DNA of 64,000 nt from IMG/VR virus record IMGVR_UViG_3300006099_000008, positions 1,219 to 65,218 of that record, one strand, 5' to 3'. The notes under the pieces are model-generated. The model did not search any database, was not told the origin of the DNA, and saw nothing but the letters and a program-made list of their open reading frames with translations. The translations under genes were made by a program, and so were the position numbers. Origin of the DNA: a virus. Lineage: Duplodnaviria > Caudoviricetes. Below, in pieces: positions 28,049 to 37,133 of the stretch (its first letter is position 1; each line of letters starts with the position of its first letter).

Positions 28049-28369
28049 GTGGAAAATATGGAGCCGTGGTTTCAGATGATAATCGCCATTGTTGGCTCAA
28101 TCCTGACTTCTTCTGGACTGTGGGCCTATTTAGTTAAAAGGGCTGAAAAAAAAGACATTAAAAACGATATGCTTATTGGCCTTGGGCATGACAGAATTTC
28201 ACATTTAGGAATGGTTTATATTGAAAGAGGATACATAACCTCCGACGAATATGAAAATCTTTATGAATATCTATATAAGCCTTATGAAAAGATGGGCGGA
28301 AACGGCTCGGCAAAGCGCATTATGGACGAGGTGAACGAACTTCCTATTCATAAATCAAATTTTAAATAG
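28049..28369 (+). CDS. holin-like single-TM protein
   Basis: N-terminal TM IIAIVGSILTSSGLWAYL; YEKMGGNG motif. Confidence 0.5.
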   Translation: MENMEPWFQMIIAIVGSILTSSGLWAYLVKRAEKKDIKNDMLIGLGHDRISHLGMVYIERGYITSDEYENLYEYLYKPYEKMGGNGSAKRIMDEVNELPIHKSNFK

Positions 28370-28393
28370 ATTATTTTTTGAAGGAGGAACGAA

Positions 28394-28726
28394 ATGAGTT
28401 ACAGCGTTTCCGGAACTACAATTACTCTCACAAGGGGCGACACGTTTTTGGCAGTTGTTTCTATTACCGATTCAAACGGCGATGCTTATATTCCAAAAGA
28501 AGGAGATTCCGTTAGATTTGCCATGAAAAAAACGTATGATACCCCCACGCCTATTTTGGTTAAAAATATTCCGACTGATACCATGAAGCTTGTGCTAGAT
28601 CCCGAGGACACTAAAAGTCTTTCTTTTGGAAAATATGTTTATGATATTCAGCTCACAAAAGCCAATGGAGACGTCGACACATTTATAACAACGGCGGCAA
28701 TCAAAATAACAGAAGAGGTGGATTGA
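28394..28726 (+). CDS. BppU-like Ig-fold baseplate domain protein
   Basis: ITLTRGDT..GKYVYDIQL..GDVDTFI pattern. Confidence 0.6.
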   Translation: MSYSVSGTTITLTRGDTFLAVVSITDSNGDAYIPKEGDSVRFAMKKTYDTPTPILVKNIPTDTMKLVLDPEDTKSLSFGKYVYDIQLTKANGDVDTFITTAAIKITEEVD

Positions 28727-29019
28727 TGAGCGATATTAAAGCGTTGGAGCAGTTGACCGGTTTTTTGTCGGCAAAACGCGCTTTGTCTGGAAATTTATCA
28801 TGCGAAAACGGCTTGACGGGAAAAGTCTCTATAATGAAAGAATACGATCTTTATGAAGGAGAATACAATATTATTCCAAAAGCGTTTTATGCGCAGACGC
28901 TTCCAACGGCCGAAAAGCTCCTGCGTGATGACATTGTTGTTACTGAAGTTCCATATTTTGAAACCAGTAATAATTTTGACGGCGTGACAGTTTATATCGC
29001 AAAGGAGGTTGAGGCTTAA
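28723..29019 (+). CDS. tail-associated hypothetical protein
   Basis: YEGEY.IIPKA..QTLPT.EK.L..DIVV..VPY pattern; lies in the operon. Confidence 0.5.
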   Translation: MMSDIKALEQLTGFLSAKRALSGNLSCENGLTGKVSIMKEYDLYEGEYNIIPKAFYAQTLPTAEKLLRDDIVVTEVPYFETSNNFDGVTVYIAKEVEA

Positions 29020-29595
29020 ATGGCTATTAATAAGATTATTTATGGAGGAAACGTATTAATTGATCTTACAGGCGACACGGTTACTGCTGATAAGCTGCTT
29101 AAAGACCATACGGCGCATGATAAAAGCGGTGAGGTCATAACTGGAGCCTGCACATATGACATTGATTCTACAGATGCAACCGTTGCTGTTGCTGAAATTT
29201 TGAAAGGCAAGACGGCTTATGCGCGTGGAGTTAAGCTAACTGGCACGATGAATAACAACGGCGCCGTTGCCGGCATTATAGCAGTGAAGGCTGGAACTTA
29301 TACCGTGCCACAGGGCTATCATGATGGCTCTGGAACTGTTAAAATTGACACAACAGAGCAGGGGAAGCTTATACCGGCAAATATTAGGAATGGAATAACA
29401 ATTCTTGGTGTGAGGGGCACAATGTCTGGAACAGAGGGGGCAAAACCGCAGGCTAAAAGTGTGATTCCAAGAGCTTCTGCACAGACGGTTTTGCCTGACA
29501 CAGGCTACAACTATCTTTCTCAGGTTACAGTTGCGGCTATTCCGTATGTTGAAAGCAGCAATTCAGCTGGCGGAGCTACGGTTACGATTGGATAA
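29020..29595 (+). CDS. tail fibre-like protein
   Basis: LIDLTGDTVT, ILKGKTAY..G.KLTGTM, IPANIRNGITILGV.G repeats. Confidence 0.6.
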   Translation: MAINKIIYGGNVLIDLTGDTVTADKLLKDHTAHDKSGEVITGACTYDIDSTDATVAVAEILKGKTAYARGVKLTGTMNNNGAVAGIIAVKAGTYTVPQGYHDGSGTVKIDTTEQGKLIPANIRNGITILGVRGTMSGTEGAKPQAKSVIPRASAQTVLPDTGYNYLSQVTVAAIPYVESSNSAGGATVTIG

Positions 29596-29621
29596 TGAAT
29601 GAAAGTGTAATAATTGGGGCT

Positions 29622-29650
29622 AAAGGCCATTTGTGGCCTTTGCTCTTTAT
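29622..29650 (+). terminator. terminator of the late operon
   Basis: aaaggcca-tttg-tggccttt followed by a T-rich run. Confidence 0.65.
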
Positions 29651-29959
29651 TTTTAAAATGTGTATTATTTGCTATTGGTGTTGCAAATATACATAAAATT
29701 TTATAATAGATTTTGTTTTTACTTGTTTTTGACATACATGCTGTAATGGATATGTATTATTTAAAAAATCATTAATTGATTTAGCGATCGAAAAGGTTGA
29801 ATATTTTTGATTGTTGATGTATAATAAACTTAACTGAGGTATAATAAAAAATATACTTCAAGTGGAATAAACTAATTTAAAAATTGATATTAATAAGAGG
29901 AAGTTTTTTGTTTAGAAATAAATAACTTTATGTTTTGTAACGCTAAAAATATTTTCTGA

Positions 29960-30115
<156 letters not shown>

Positions 30116-30241
30116 TTGCCGGGGCTGTGGGAATTTTAGAATAGAAAGTTTATAATTGCTAAACTTTATGATGTGAATAAACCTGGTTTAGTGTGACAAC
30201 GTTTCCTTTGGGTTTATTTGGCATTACGACAATGATAAAAG

Positions 30242-30284
30242 GCCGCTTCTCTTTTGAAATACTGCGAAGAGAGGCGGCTTTTTT
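30242..30284 (+). terminator. hairpin plus T6 abutting the integrase ATG
   Basis: gccgcttctctt / aagagaggcggc 12-bp stem, then tttttt-ATG. Confidence 0.6.
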
Positions 30285-31193
30285 ATGAATTTAGCAGAAT
30301 TGACAGATGAGTATTTATTTGACTGTGAATGCAGGAAGCTATCTAAGAAAACGGTGGAAAATTACAGGAAACAAATTGGATATTTGCTGCAATATCTGAA
30401 AGAGGAATGCAGCGTTACAGACATAGAAGAGATTAAGACCCGGCACATAAAACAGTATTTGCTGGCGAAGCAAAAGGCGGGGAACAAGCCTAATTATATT
30501 AACGACTTGCTCAAGGTTTATAAAACCATGTTCCGATATTTTTATAATGAAGGATATACGGAAACTTTGATTACCGAAAAAATACATAACGTTAAAAAGG
30601 AAAAGGTTATCATCAGAACTTTTACAAAAGAAAATGTAAAAGCCATGATAAATTTTTATAGTGGAAATGATTTTTTAAGTATACGAAATAAAACTATTAT
30701 GATTGTTTTGTTTGACACAGGTATTCGATTGTCGGAATTGCTTAATTTGAAAACCATTGATTTAAAGGAAGACTATATCATTGTTGTAAACGGAAAGGGA
30801 GGGAAAGACAGAGTTGTTCCCAAGAGCCCGTTCCTTTCAAAATGGCTTTTCAAGTATCAAAGCATAAGAAGAAGTTATTTTATAGACAGATATTTGGATA
30901 ACAAAGAGTTGTTTTTGAGCAAAAACTGTAAAAGGCTATCTCGTGAAATGGTGGAGAGGATTGTAAAAGATGTTGGAAAATTTGCCGGGGTATCTAAAGA
31001 GGTAAGAGTTTCGCCACATACTTGCAGGCATACATATGCGCAGATGCAGTTGAAAAACGGCCTAAATATATACAGCTTAAGCAGACTGTTAGGGCATGAA
31101 AATATATCTATTACACAAACATATTTGAACGGGATAAGAGACGAACAAGTTTTGATAGAAGGAAGGATATCAAGTCCGCTTATGAATTTATAG
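30285..31193 (+). CDS. int: tyrosine integrase / recombinase
   Basis: DTGIRLSEL (R), GKGGKDR (K), HTCRH (H-x-x-R), LGHENISITQTY (H, Y). Confidence 0.93.
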   Translation: MNLAELTDEYLFDCECRKLSKKTVENYRKQIGYLLQYLKEECSVTDIEEIKTRHIKQYLLAKQKAGNKPNYINDLLKVYKTMFRYFYNEGYTETLITEKIHNVKKEKVIIRTFTKENVKAMINFYSGNDFLSIRNKTIMIVLFDTGIRLSELLNLKTIDLKEDYIIVVNGKGGKDRVVPKSPFLSKWLFKYQSIRRSYFIDRYLDNKELFLSKNCKRLSREMVERIVKDVGKFAGVSKEVRVSPHTCRHTYAQMQLKNGLNIYSLSRLLGHENISITQTYLNGIRDEQVLIEGRISSPLMNL

Positions 31194-31262
31194 AGGACAA
31201 GCAAGTTATATTGTGATATAATGCTCTTATTTTTAATCTAGGTTAGAAATGGAGCTATTTAT

Positions 31263-31580
31263 ATGATTGATGATGGAATTTTAATTTGCCCTGACTGCGG
31301 CGGAGATTTGATATATTACGACGATGTTTTCAGAATTGTACGGACAAAAGGAAGAAGGACTGAACGAGTTAAAATTAGAAGACTGCAATGCAACAGTTGC
31401 GGCCATATACATAGAGAACTGCCTGAATTTATATTTCCCTATAAGCAGTATGAAGCTGAAATTATTGTTGGTGTTCTCGAAGGATTAATAACTTTCGACA
31501 CTTTGGGATTTGAGAACTATCCTTGCGAAGTGACTATGGCAAGGTGGAAAGACGCGCGAAATAAACACCGTCTCTTATGA
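31263..31580 (+). CDS. zinc-ribbon protein (DUF6431-like)
   Basis: CPDCG..RRLQC..CG.IHRELP.FIFPYKQY pattern. Confidence 0.6.
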   Translation: MIDDGILICPDCGGDLIYYDDVFRIVRTKGRRTERVKIRRLQCNSCGHIHRELPEFIFPYKQYEAEIIVGVLEGLITFDTLGFENYPCEVTMARWKDARNKHRLL

Positions 31581-31581
31581 A
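31555..31581 (+). promoter_or_regulatory. phage-specific motif copy 2
   Basis: cgcgaaataa acaccgtctc ttatgaa. Confidence 0.75.
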
Positions 31582-31601
31582 AAACTTTAGGAGGCGGTTT
31601 T

Positions 31602-31790
31602 ATGTTAAAGGATAATGAAACGGTTGCATTAATGTTTTGGCTGTGCAGAAAGAGTATTGAAGCTGAATATTGGAAAGGGCGCTGCAAAATTAACGGCGCG
31701 GCATTCAAGATTGCGTTAATACTATTACTGGTATCAATGCTGAAGCATGATTACAAAAACATAATGTATCTTTTAGAAAACCAAAAGTAA
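31602..31790 (+). CDS. small TM protein (cassette)
   Basis: Motif at 31555, AGGAGG RBS, hydrophobic AAFKIALILLLVSML, hairpin after the stop. Confidence 0.55.
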   Translation: MLKDNETVALMFWLCRKSIEAEYWKGRCKINGAAFKIALILLLVSMLKHDYKNIMYLLENQK

Positions 31791-31915
31791 AAGACGGAAA
31801 GGAGCCAAAATTATGGCTCTTTTTCTTTTTTTTCACCGACTATGTTTTTACGAATATTATTTTTTAATCTATAATAGCCTTTGAAGCCGGCTATCTATAG
31901 GGAAAGGAGAAAATT

Positions 31916-32341
31916 ATGGAAATGGGAACAGCATTACGTCCAAATTTATCGGAGAGGAACAAGTATTGGATCGATAGACACCGTTACTATGAGTTGAAGC
32001 ATTTTTGCCTTCAGTATCCAACTTGGAAGAAAATCTACAATTCATTGGACGGAATTGGCAAACGGTCCATAGATCAGCCTGTGCTTTCAAAGAATGAACA
32101 TGTAAGCGATCCGACGGGAAAGTGCGTTGAGAAAAGGTCTTATTATTTTGACAAAATGAAGCTTGTGGAACAGGCGGCTATTGAGACTGACAACGAGCTT
32201 GCAGATTATATTTTAAAAGGCGTTACCGAAGGACTTACATACGATAATATTAAACTTAGATTAGAAATTCCATGCGGAAAGGACGTTTATTACGATCGGT
32301 ACAGACGGTTTTTCTGGCTGCTTGACAAGGAGCGAAGATAA
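31916..32341 (+). CDS. RinA/ArpU-like transcriptional regulator
   Basis: RYYELKHFCLQYP..YILKGVTEGLTY..IPCGKDVYYDRYRRFFWLL, C-terminal HTH-like region. Confidence 0.55.
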   Translation: MEMGTALRPNLSERNKYWIDRHRYYELKHFCLQYPTWKKIYNSLDGIGKRSIDQPVLSKNEHVSDPTGKCVEKRSYYFDKMKLVEQAAIETDNELADYILKGVTEGLTYDNIKLRLEIPCGKDVYYDRYRRFFWLLDKERR

Positions 32342-32342
32342 T

Positions 32343-32540
32343 ATGAGGGTTATAAAAGAAGGCGTTAAATTGGTATACCGCTTCAACTGCCCAAACTGCA
32401 AGAGCCGGCTTGAGGCGGAGGACAAAGAACTGGTGGATTTTGGAGGAGGCGTTATTAAATTCTTTTGCCCGGTTTGCCGAAAGGACAGGTATGTTTCAAA
32501 GACGGGGTTGCGCAAAAGGATAATTTACGAGGAAAGCTAA
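32343..32540 (+). CDS. small zinc-ribbon protein
   Basis: CPNC...CPVC. Confidence 0.6.
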   Translation: MRVIKEGVKLVYRFNCPNCKSRLEAEDKELVDFGGGVIKFFCPVCRKDRYVSKTGLRKRIIYEES

Positions 32541-32584
32541 TTTAGATTAGGAAAGAGCCCGGTTCATGGCTCTTTTATGTAAGT

Positions 32585-32857
32585 TTATTTTTTTAGCTTT
32601 GCACCATAAGAATATGAAATACCACAAATTTCACAAGCTTTTTTCAAAGAAATACCCATTGATATTAGAGCTTTTATGTATGGGGCATAATCAGCCTTTT
32701 TGGACAATTTAGGAACATTAGTTATTAATGCTATTCCTAAATCTAAATCTTTGAATGGTTTAATTTCTGTAGAACATATTCTTCTTGAGGATTTTTCGAT
32801 TATTCTAATTACGATTTTAGCCGCAGATGGAATAATTGATAATTTTGTGTTTTTCAT
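32585..32857 (-). CDS. protein with C-terminal HTH (candidate lysogeny regulator)
   Basis: ISLKKACEICGISYSYGAKL; minus strand, AT-rich. Confidence 0.5.
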   Translation of the reverse strand: MKNTKLSIIPSAAKIVIRIIEKSSRRICSTEIKPFKDLDLGIALITNVPKLSKKADYAPYIKALISMGISLKKACEICGISYSYGAKLKK

Positions 32858-32902
32858 AAGCTTTTTCCTTTCATTGTTTATATCAATATTTTAACAGATG
32901 TT

Positions 32903-32929
32903 CGCAAATTTTACAAACTATATTATGAA
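32903..32929 (+). promoter_or_regulatory. phage-specific motif copy 3
   Basis: cgcaaatttt acaaactata ttatgaa. Confidence 0.75.
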
Positions 32930-32957
32930 AAGAATATTCATAGGAGGTTTGATAATA

Positions 32958-33113
32958 ATGAAAGAAAAATTTATGGAGATTGTTTCGGTAATGGGCATTT
33001 TGGGTGTAATTATTATTGCATATCGCCAAGGGCGCATTGACGAACAAAGTCAGGTAATAAGAAATCTTGAAATCGTTTATGAAGAACTTGAAAGAGCGAA
33101 AAAAGAGTCCTAA
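32958..33113 (+). CDS. small TM protein (cassette)
   Basis: Motif at 32903, AGGAGG RBS, IVSVMGILGVIIIAY; the stop lies in the hairpin loop. Confidence 0.6.
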   Translation: MKEKFMEIVSVMGILGVIIIAYRQGRIDEQSQVIRNLEIVYEELERAKKES

Positions 33114-33131
33114 CAAGGGCTCTTTCTTTTT
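33104..33131 (+). terminator. cassette terminator, identical to 36647..36674
   Basis: agagtcctaacaagggctctttct followed by T. Confidence 0.7.
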
Positions 33132-33235
33132 ATTTTTTAAATTTCCCGTACGCAGGTGACGGAAAAGTGTGGTATTTTGATATTTGAAAAATTCCCCAGG
33201 TGGGATTTTTTGAAAAAACGTTTTGGAAGGAGGGT

Positions 33236-33700
33236 ATGCAATTGCGACAATGGCTATACTACTATTGCCTTGAAATTCTAAGGTCTAAAGAGCTTTGTCA
33301 TTATGGCGTGAAAGGCATGAAGTGGGGCGTTAAAAGGACGCCGGAGGAGTTGGGGCGTAAAAGAGAAACTGCTATATCAGTTGAAAAAACAAATAGAGGT
33401 GGTATAATTAAGAAAACTTTTTACGGACATGTGAAGTCGCCAAGACAGGCAGAGCCTAACGCAATTATAGACTATATTTCTCATGAGGGAAAAGTTAATA
33501 AAAGAAGTTATTATGGTCCAGATGGATTCAAAATTAAAGATATTCATACTACGGATCACAAAAACCCCAAAGAACACCCTTATGGAAAAACGGGGGAACA
33601 TGCGCATGATTATACGTGGAATACAGACGGAACCCCGAAAAATAAAACGATAAGAGAACTTACAGAAAAGGAGAGAAAGGAGAATAGCGATATATTATGA
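33236..33700 (+). CDS. LCH-YGVKGMKWG leader plus His-rich toxin-like domain
   Basis: GGAAGGAGG RBS; the domain is homologous to the portal tail (IHT.DH..PK.H..G..GEHAHDY.WN..G...RE.T..ERKEN.DIL). Confidence 0.75.
   Translation: MQLRQWLYYYCLEILRSKELCHYGVKGMKWGVKRTPEELGRKRETAISVEKTNRGGIIKKTFYGHVKSPRQAEPNAIIDYISHEGKVNKRSYYGPDGFKIKDIHTTDHKNPKEHPYGKTGEHAHDYTWNTDGTPKNKTIRELTEKERKENSDIL
33381..33408 (+). promoter_or_regulatory. sigmaA-like promoter embedded in the toxin linker
   Basis: TTGAAA-16-TATAAT with TGn. Confidence 0.55.
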
Positions 33701-33939
33701 CTATAAGATATTTAAAAGATGCAGTAAAAGAGGGAAACGACTTTTACTTTCATTACAAGGGTGAAAACGCTGGTGTAGAATCTGCCGTCAAAGATTCTGT
33801 CGTGAAATATGAAGCTTGGTATGGTGAGGAAATAAGGCAATATGATGACTTTGACGATGTATTGAACGATAGATTTTATTGCGGAAAATCAATTTTAGAA
33901 TTATTAGCAAAAAATATTATAGAAATTAATTTTTCATAA
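33697..33939 (+). CDS. probable cognate immunity protein
   Basis: ATGA overlap; homologue of 7441..7674. Confidence 0.65.
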   Translation: MTIRYLKDAVKEGNDFYFHYKGENAGVESAVKDSVVKYEAWYGEEIRQYDDFDDVLNDRFYCGKSILELLAKNIIEINFS

Positions 33940-33999
33940 ATGAAAATGAAGTATAATGATAGAGCAAAATACTTTAATGGTTGAATTAAGGCGTATTAT

Positions 34000-34158
34000 A
34001 TGAAAGTTAAATGGAAAGGAAAAACTGATTTTTTAATCTTAACGCATGACAAAATATATACAGTTCTTTCGATAGAGAAGGACTGGTATAGATTAGTTGA
34101 TGATAGCGGAGAAGATTATTTATATTCGCCCGAAAAGTTTGAAGTGATTGAAAACTAA
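34000..34158 (+). CDS. 52-aa orphan immunity-like protein (not in the ORF track)
   Basis: MKVKWKGKTDFLILTHDKIYTVLSIEKDWYRLVDDSGEDYLYSPEKFEVIEN aligns with the C-terminal domain of 135..1236. Confidence 0.65.
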   Translation: MKVKWKGKTDFLILTHDKIYTVLSIEKDWYRLVDDSGEDYLYSPEKFEVIEN

Positions 34159-34183
34159 AACATAATTAAATGGGGGTATAATA

Positions 34184-34684
34184 GTGAAGCAAAATACTTT
34201 ACAGACACCATTTGGAACTGTAACTATTTACAAAAATGGTAAGAAAATAGATTTTACAGCAGAAATCTTTGATGAGAGTGTGTGCTTGGAAGATAATACA
34301 ATAAAAAAGCCTGAGGGTTCTTATAAGCTCAATTTTGATACAACAGAACTAAAAGCCGGAGATATTATAATTTGCAAATTTAATGCCGGAAGTCTGCAAT
34401 GCGATGGTGGAAGTGAATCAACAATTAATATTGTTGGTACCTATAAAGGATATACAATTGGAATGGGAACTTATTGTACACAGGAAATTGATTATGAGAA
34501 AAAATTTTTACCTTATGAAACTTATGAATATAGAAAAAGAGGTTTTGAAGCACATATTCTTGATGATTTCCAAAACTATCCCCACATTAAAAGTCTTTTA
34601 AATATTTATTTTGTGGTTGCATGGGAGAAGGGCACTGCTGACGATGAGTGGGATCTGGTTTCATACATAACGAGTCAATATTAA
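34184..34684 (+). CDS. hypothetical protein in the toxin-immunity cluster
   Basis: ORF track; AT-rich; TATAAT directly upstream. Confidence 0.5.
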   Translation: MKQNTLQTPFGTVTIYKNGKKIDFTAEIFDESVCLEDNTIKKPEGSYKLNFDTTELKAGDIIICKFNAGSLQCDGGSESTINIVGTYKGYTIGMGTYCTQEIDYEKKFLPYETYEYRKRGFEAHILDDFQNYPHIKSLLNIYFVVAWEKGTADDEWDLVSYITSQY

Positions 34685-34730
34685 TTTGTATCAAATTTAA
34701 AAGTACATATTTATCCAAGAAAGGAGAAGA

Positions 34731-34961
34731 ATGACAGTGACGATAAGTAAAAGACTTGAAGGAGAAAAAGTAAAGTTAATTAATTATGACAATGATGTGT
34801 TTATTGGTGTAGTTGGGGATTATATTTATCCAGAAGATAATAAACCTGAAGGAATTGACGCGATTATTCTTGATTATCCTATTAAAAACGGCAGTTATAA
34901 ATATAATAATCCTGTCGCATTCAATTCTCCAGACATCAAATCCATAGAAATAATTCAATAA
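34731..34961 (+). CDS. small orphan immunity-like protein
   Basis: AAGGAG RBS; small acidic beta-rich pattern (GVVGDYIYPEDN.PEGIDAIILD); context. Confidence 0.45.
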   Translation: MTVTISKRLEGEKVKLINYDNDVFIGVVGDYIYPEDNKPEGIDAIILDYPIKNGSYKYNNPVAFNSPDIKSIEIIQ

Positions 34962-35019
34962 CGCGCGTACCCGTAGATTTAAAAATCTGTGGGTATTTTT
35001 TATTTTAGGAGATGGTCAA

Positions 35020-35235
35020 ATGATTATCATGTTTGCAACAGGCTTCCTAATAGGCGTGGCGGCGTCTTTTGCTATATTTCGGATTTGTTCGGCCGGCGCT
35101 CTTGTTATTGACGTATCAGATACTTCGGACGGGCCGTATATGTTTTTGAGGATATTCAAAAGTATAGATTTCATAACGAAAAAGAAATACATATGTTTGA
35201 GAGTAAATGCCGAAGGAATTATTCCGCATAAATAA
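35020..35235 (+). CDS. small TM protein
   Basis: N-terminal TM; RBS present. Confidence 0.55.
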   Translation: MIIMFATGFLIGVAASFAIFRICSAGALVIDVSDTSDGPYMFLRIFKSIDFITKKKYICLRVNAEGIIPHK

Positions 35236-35251
35236 CATTCCCTATTATGAA
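35225..35251 (+). promoter_or_regulatory. phage-specific motif copy 4
   Basis: cgcataaata acattcccta ttatgaa. Confidence 0.75.
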
Positions 35252-35277
35252 ACCTATTAATTTACTGAAAGGAGAAA

Positions 35278-35649
35278 ATGAAAATGGAAGAATTGAAAGA
35301 GTTGTTGGAAGAGGAAATAGCAGAAGAAATTCAAGAGCTTTCTTCCTTGGCTACAGGCAGTGAGGAAAAATCTTCGGCGATAGAGGATTTGTCTAAGCTT
35401 TACAAACTGAAAATCGAGGAAACAAAAATGGAACTGGATTTTGACGATGGTCAAATGAAAAAAGAACAGCTTTCAGAGCAGGTTAAAGATCGATATTTTA
35501 AGGTTGGTATAGCGGCGGCAGAGCTTATTTTACCGCTGATGTTCTATGCCGTATGGCTGCAAAAAGGATTTAAGTTTGAAGAAACAGGAGCATTTACCTC
35601 AACAACATTCAGAGGTTTAATCAATCGTTTTAGACCAACAAAGAAATAA
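35278..35649 (+). CDS. coiled-coil plus TM protein (cassette)
   Basis: Motif at 35225; GAAAGGAG RBS. Confidence 0.65.
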   Translation: MKMEELKELLEEEIAEEIQELSSLATGSEEKSSAIEDLSKLYKLKIEETKMELDFDDGQMKKEQLSEQVKDRYFKVGIAAAELILPLMFYAVWLQKGFKFEETGAFTSTTFRGLINRFRPTKK

Positions 35650-35703
35650 GAGGTTTTGAAATGGAGAAGCCGTGAGAATTACATGGCTTCTTCGTTTTTT
35701 TTA

Positions 35704-35730
35704 CGCATAATTTACAAGTTCTTTTATGAA
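35704..35730 (+). promoter_or_regulatory. phage-specific motif copy 5
   Basis: cgcataattt acaagttctt ttatgaa. Confidence 0.75.
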
Positions 35731-35753
35731 ATAAAATCTTATTTTTAGGAGGT

Positions 35754-35987
35754 ATGATTATGACCATTGAACAATTTAACGAAATTAAGGAAGCATTAAA
35801 TTATGTAAGCCCGGAACAATTAAGAAAAATATCATCAGAAATGTGCCATTTTTTTCATGAAACAGTTATGAAAATGAATATTTCAGATGATGATAAAAGT
35901 TTGATAATTGGTCTGGCTCACAATAATTTAAGGCAGGAAAACATATTAATTGAAATGCTTGAAAAGTCAGATCACTTTAAAAAATAA
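35754..35987 (+). CDS. hypothetical protein (cassette)
   Basis: Motif at 35704, AGGAGG RBS, hairpin after the stop. Confidence 0.6.
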   Translation: MIMTIEQFNEIKEALNYVSPEQLRKISSEMCHFFHETVMKMNISDDDKSLIIGLAHNNLRQENILIEMLEKSDHFKK

Positions 35988-36039
35988 GCAAGAAGAAACA
36001 GTCTTTGCAAGGGCTGTTTCTTTTGAACTGTTGAATGTC

Positions 36040-36228
36040 TTATTTATTTTGCAGATAGTTTGCAACGGCAATATTTATATTTGCCCAGTGGTAATCCGCT
36101 TGCATACGATCCTTTAAGGCTTCTTCAAGGGTCATATTGCCATATTTTTCTTTAACTTCTTCAAATGTCCATTCATCACCGATTGAATGCCTTTGTTCAA
36201 TAAATTCATTGATTTCTAAATCTGTCAT
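36040..36228 (-). CDS. small hypothetical protein
   Basis: AAAGGAG RBS on the minus strand. Confidence 0.55.
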   Translation of the reverse strand: MTDLEINEFIEQRHSIGDEWTFEEVKEKYGNMTLEEALKDRMQADYHWANINIAVANYLQNK

Positions 36229-36264
36229 AATATCGTCTCCTTTTTAATTATTATAGGATACATA

Positions 36265-36291
36265 CGCATAATTTACAAGCTCTTTTACGGA
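36265..36291 (+). promoter_or_regulatory. phage-specific motif copy 6 (degenerate)
   Basis: cgcataattt acaagctctt ttacgga. Confidence 0.6.
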
Positions 36292-36376
36292 GATATAAAG
36301 AGCTCTTTTATCTCTTTACTAAACATTGGGAGCGCTGTATAATATGGCTGCTTTGAAATGAAAGGAGATAAAAATT

Positions 36377-36619
36377 ATGAGTGAAATGAGTTTTGACGAA
36401 TATTTTTGCTATGAATGCGGAGCTGTTATGGAGAAGGCAGATGAAGAAGTGTTAGTTTGCCCCAAATGTGGGCACTCGGTGAATATAGATGATTATTTAA
36501 CTGAGGAAGAAGCCTATGAAGAGTTTTATGCCAGCCGCAGCAAATATGATGATGAACTATATTGGAATGATAATGAGGAATTTCCCGGCGAAAAATATGA
36601 AGATATTTACGAGGAATAA
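36377..36619 (+). CDS. zinc-ribbon protein with acidic tail
   Basis: CYECG...CPKCG; RBS present. Confidence 0.65.
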   Translation: MSEMSFDEYFCYECGAVMEKADEEVLVCPKCGHSVNIDDYLTEEEAYEEFYASRSKYDDELYWNDNEEFPGEKYEDIYEE

Positions 36620-36696
36620 AATGAATAACCAATAATTCACTCGGAGAGAGTCCTAACAAGGGCTCTTTCTTTTTTTAATTTAAGAATATACTGAAT

Positions 36697-37068
36697 TTGG
36701 AGAATGTTATGCGATACCACTATGAAAAGCCGGAATTTTGTCTATCGATGTACGGACAAGTTTATATTTGCAATCACCCAATATACAATCGCTGTACGCT
36801 TTTTCAAATAGGCGATAAAGGTTTGGCAATTATACAGCAGCATTTTAATAGTGAAATAAAAAGTACATATTGGAGCGAAATAGATCCTTGGCTTACAGAT
36901 GATTTATATTTGCACAGCGGCTTTAAGGATTATTTTGACAGCCGTGCAGGAAAGTGTACGAACGGCTTATATCCAACGGTTACTATCCGGCAAATTATGT
37001 GGGCGCTTAAAATGAAACCCATGCCTAAGCAGCGATGGGAAACAGTGTTTGACAGACGAGATATTTAA
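36697..37068 (+). CDS. conserved phage hypothetical protein
   Basis: ORF track; Trp/Tyr-rich. Confidence 0.6.
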   Translation: MENVMRYHYEKPEFCLSMYGQVYICNHPIYNRCTLFQIGDKGLAIIQQHFNSEIKSTYWSEIDPWLTDDLYLHSGFKDYFDSRAGKCTNGLYPTVTIRQIMWALKMKPMPKQRWETVFDRRDI

Positions 37069-37072
37069 AGTA

Positions 37073-37099
37073 CGCGAGAATAACATTGTCTATTATGAA
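37073..37099 (+). promoter_or_regulatory. phage-specific motif copy 7
   Basis: cgcgagaata acattgtcta ttatgaa. Confidence 0.75.
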
Positions 37100-37133
37100 A
37101 GAAAAAATTTATTAATCTATAGGAGGTTATATT

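Noticed and set aside
25643-29595. Diversity-generating retroelement acting on tail fibres
   Set aside because: There is no reverse transcriptase and no template/variable repeat pair differing at adenines; the similarity is old protein-level paralogy.
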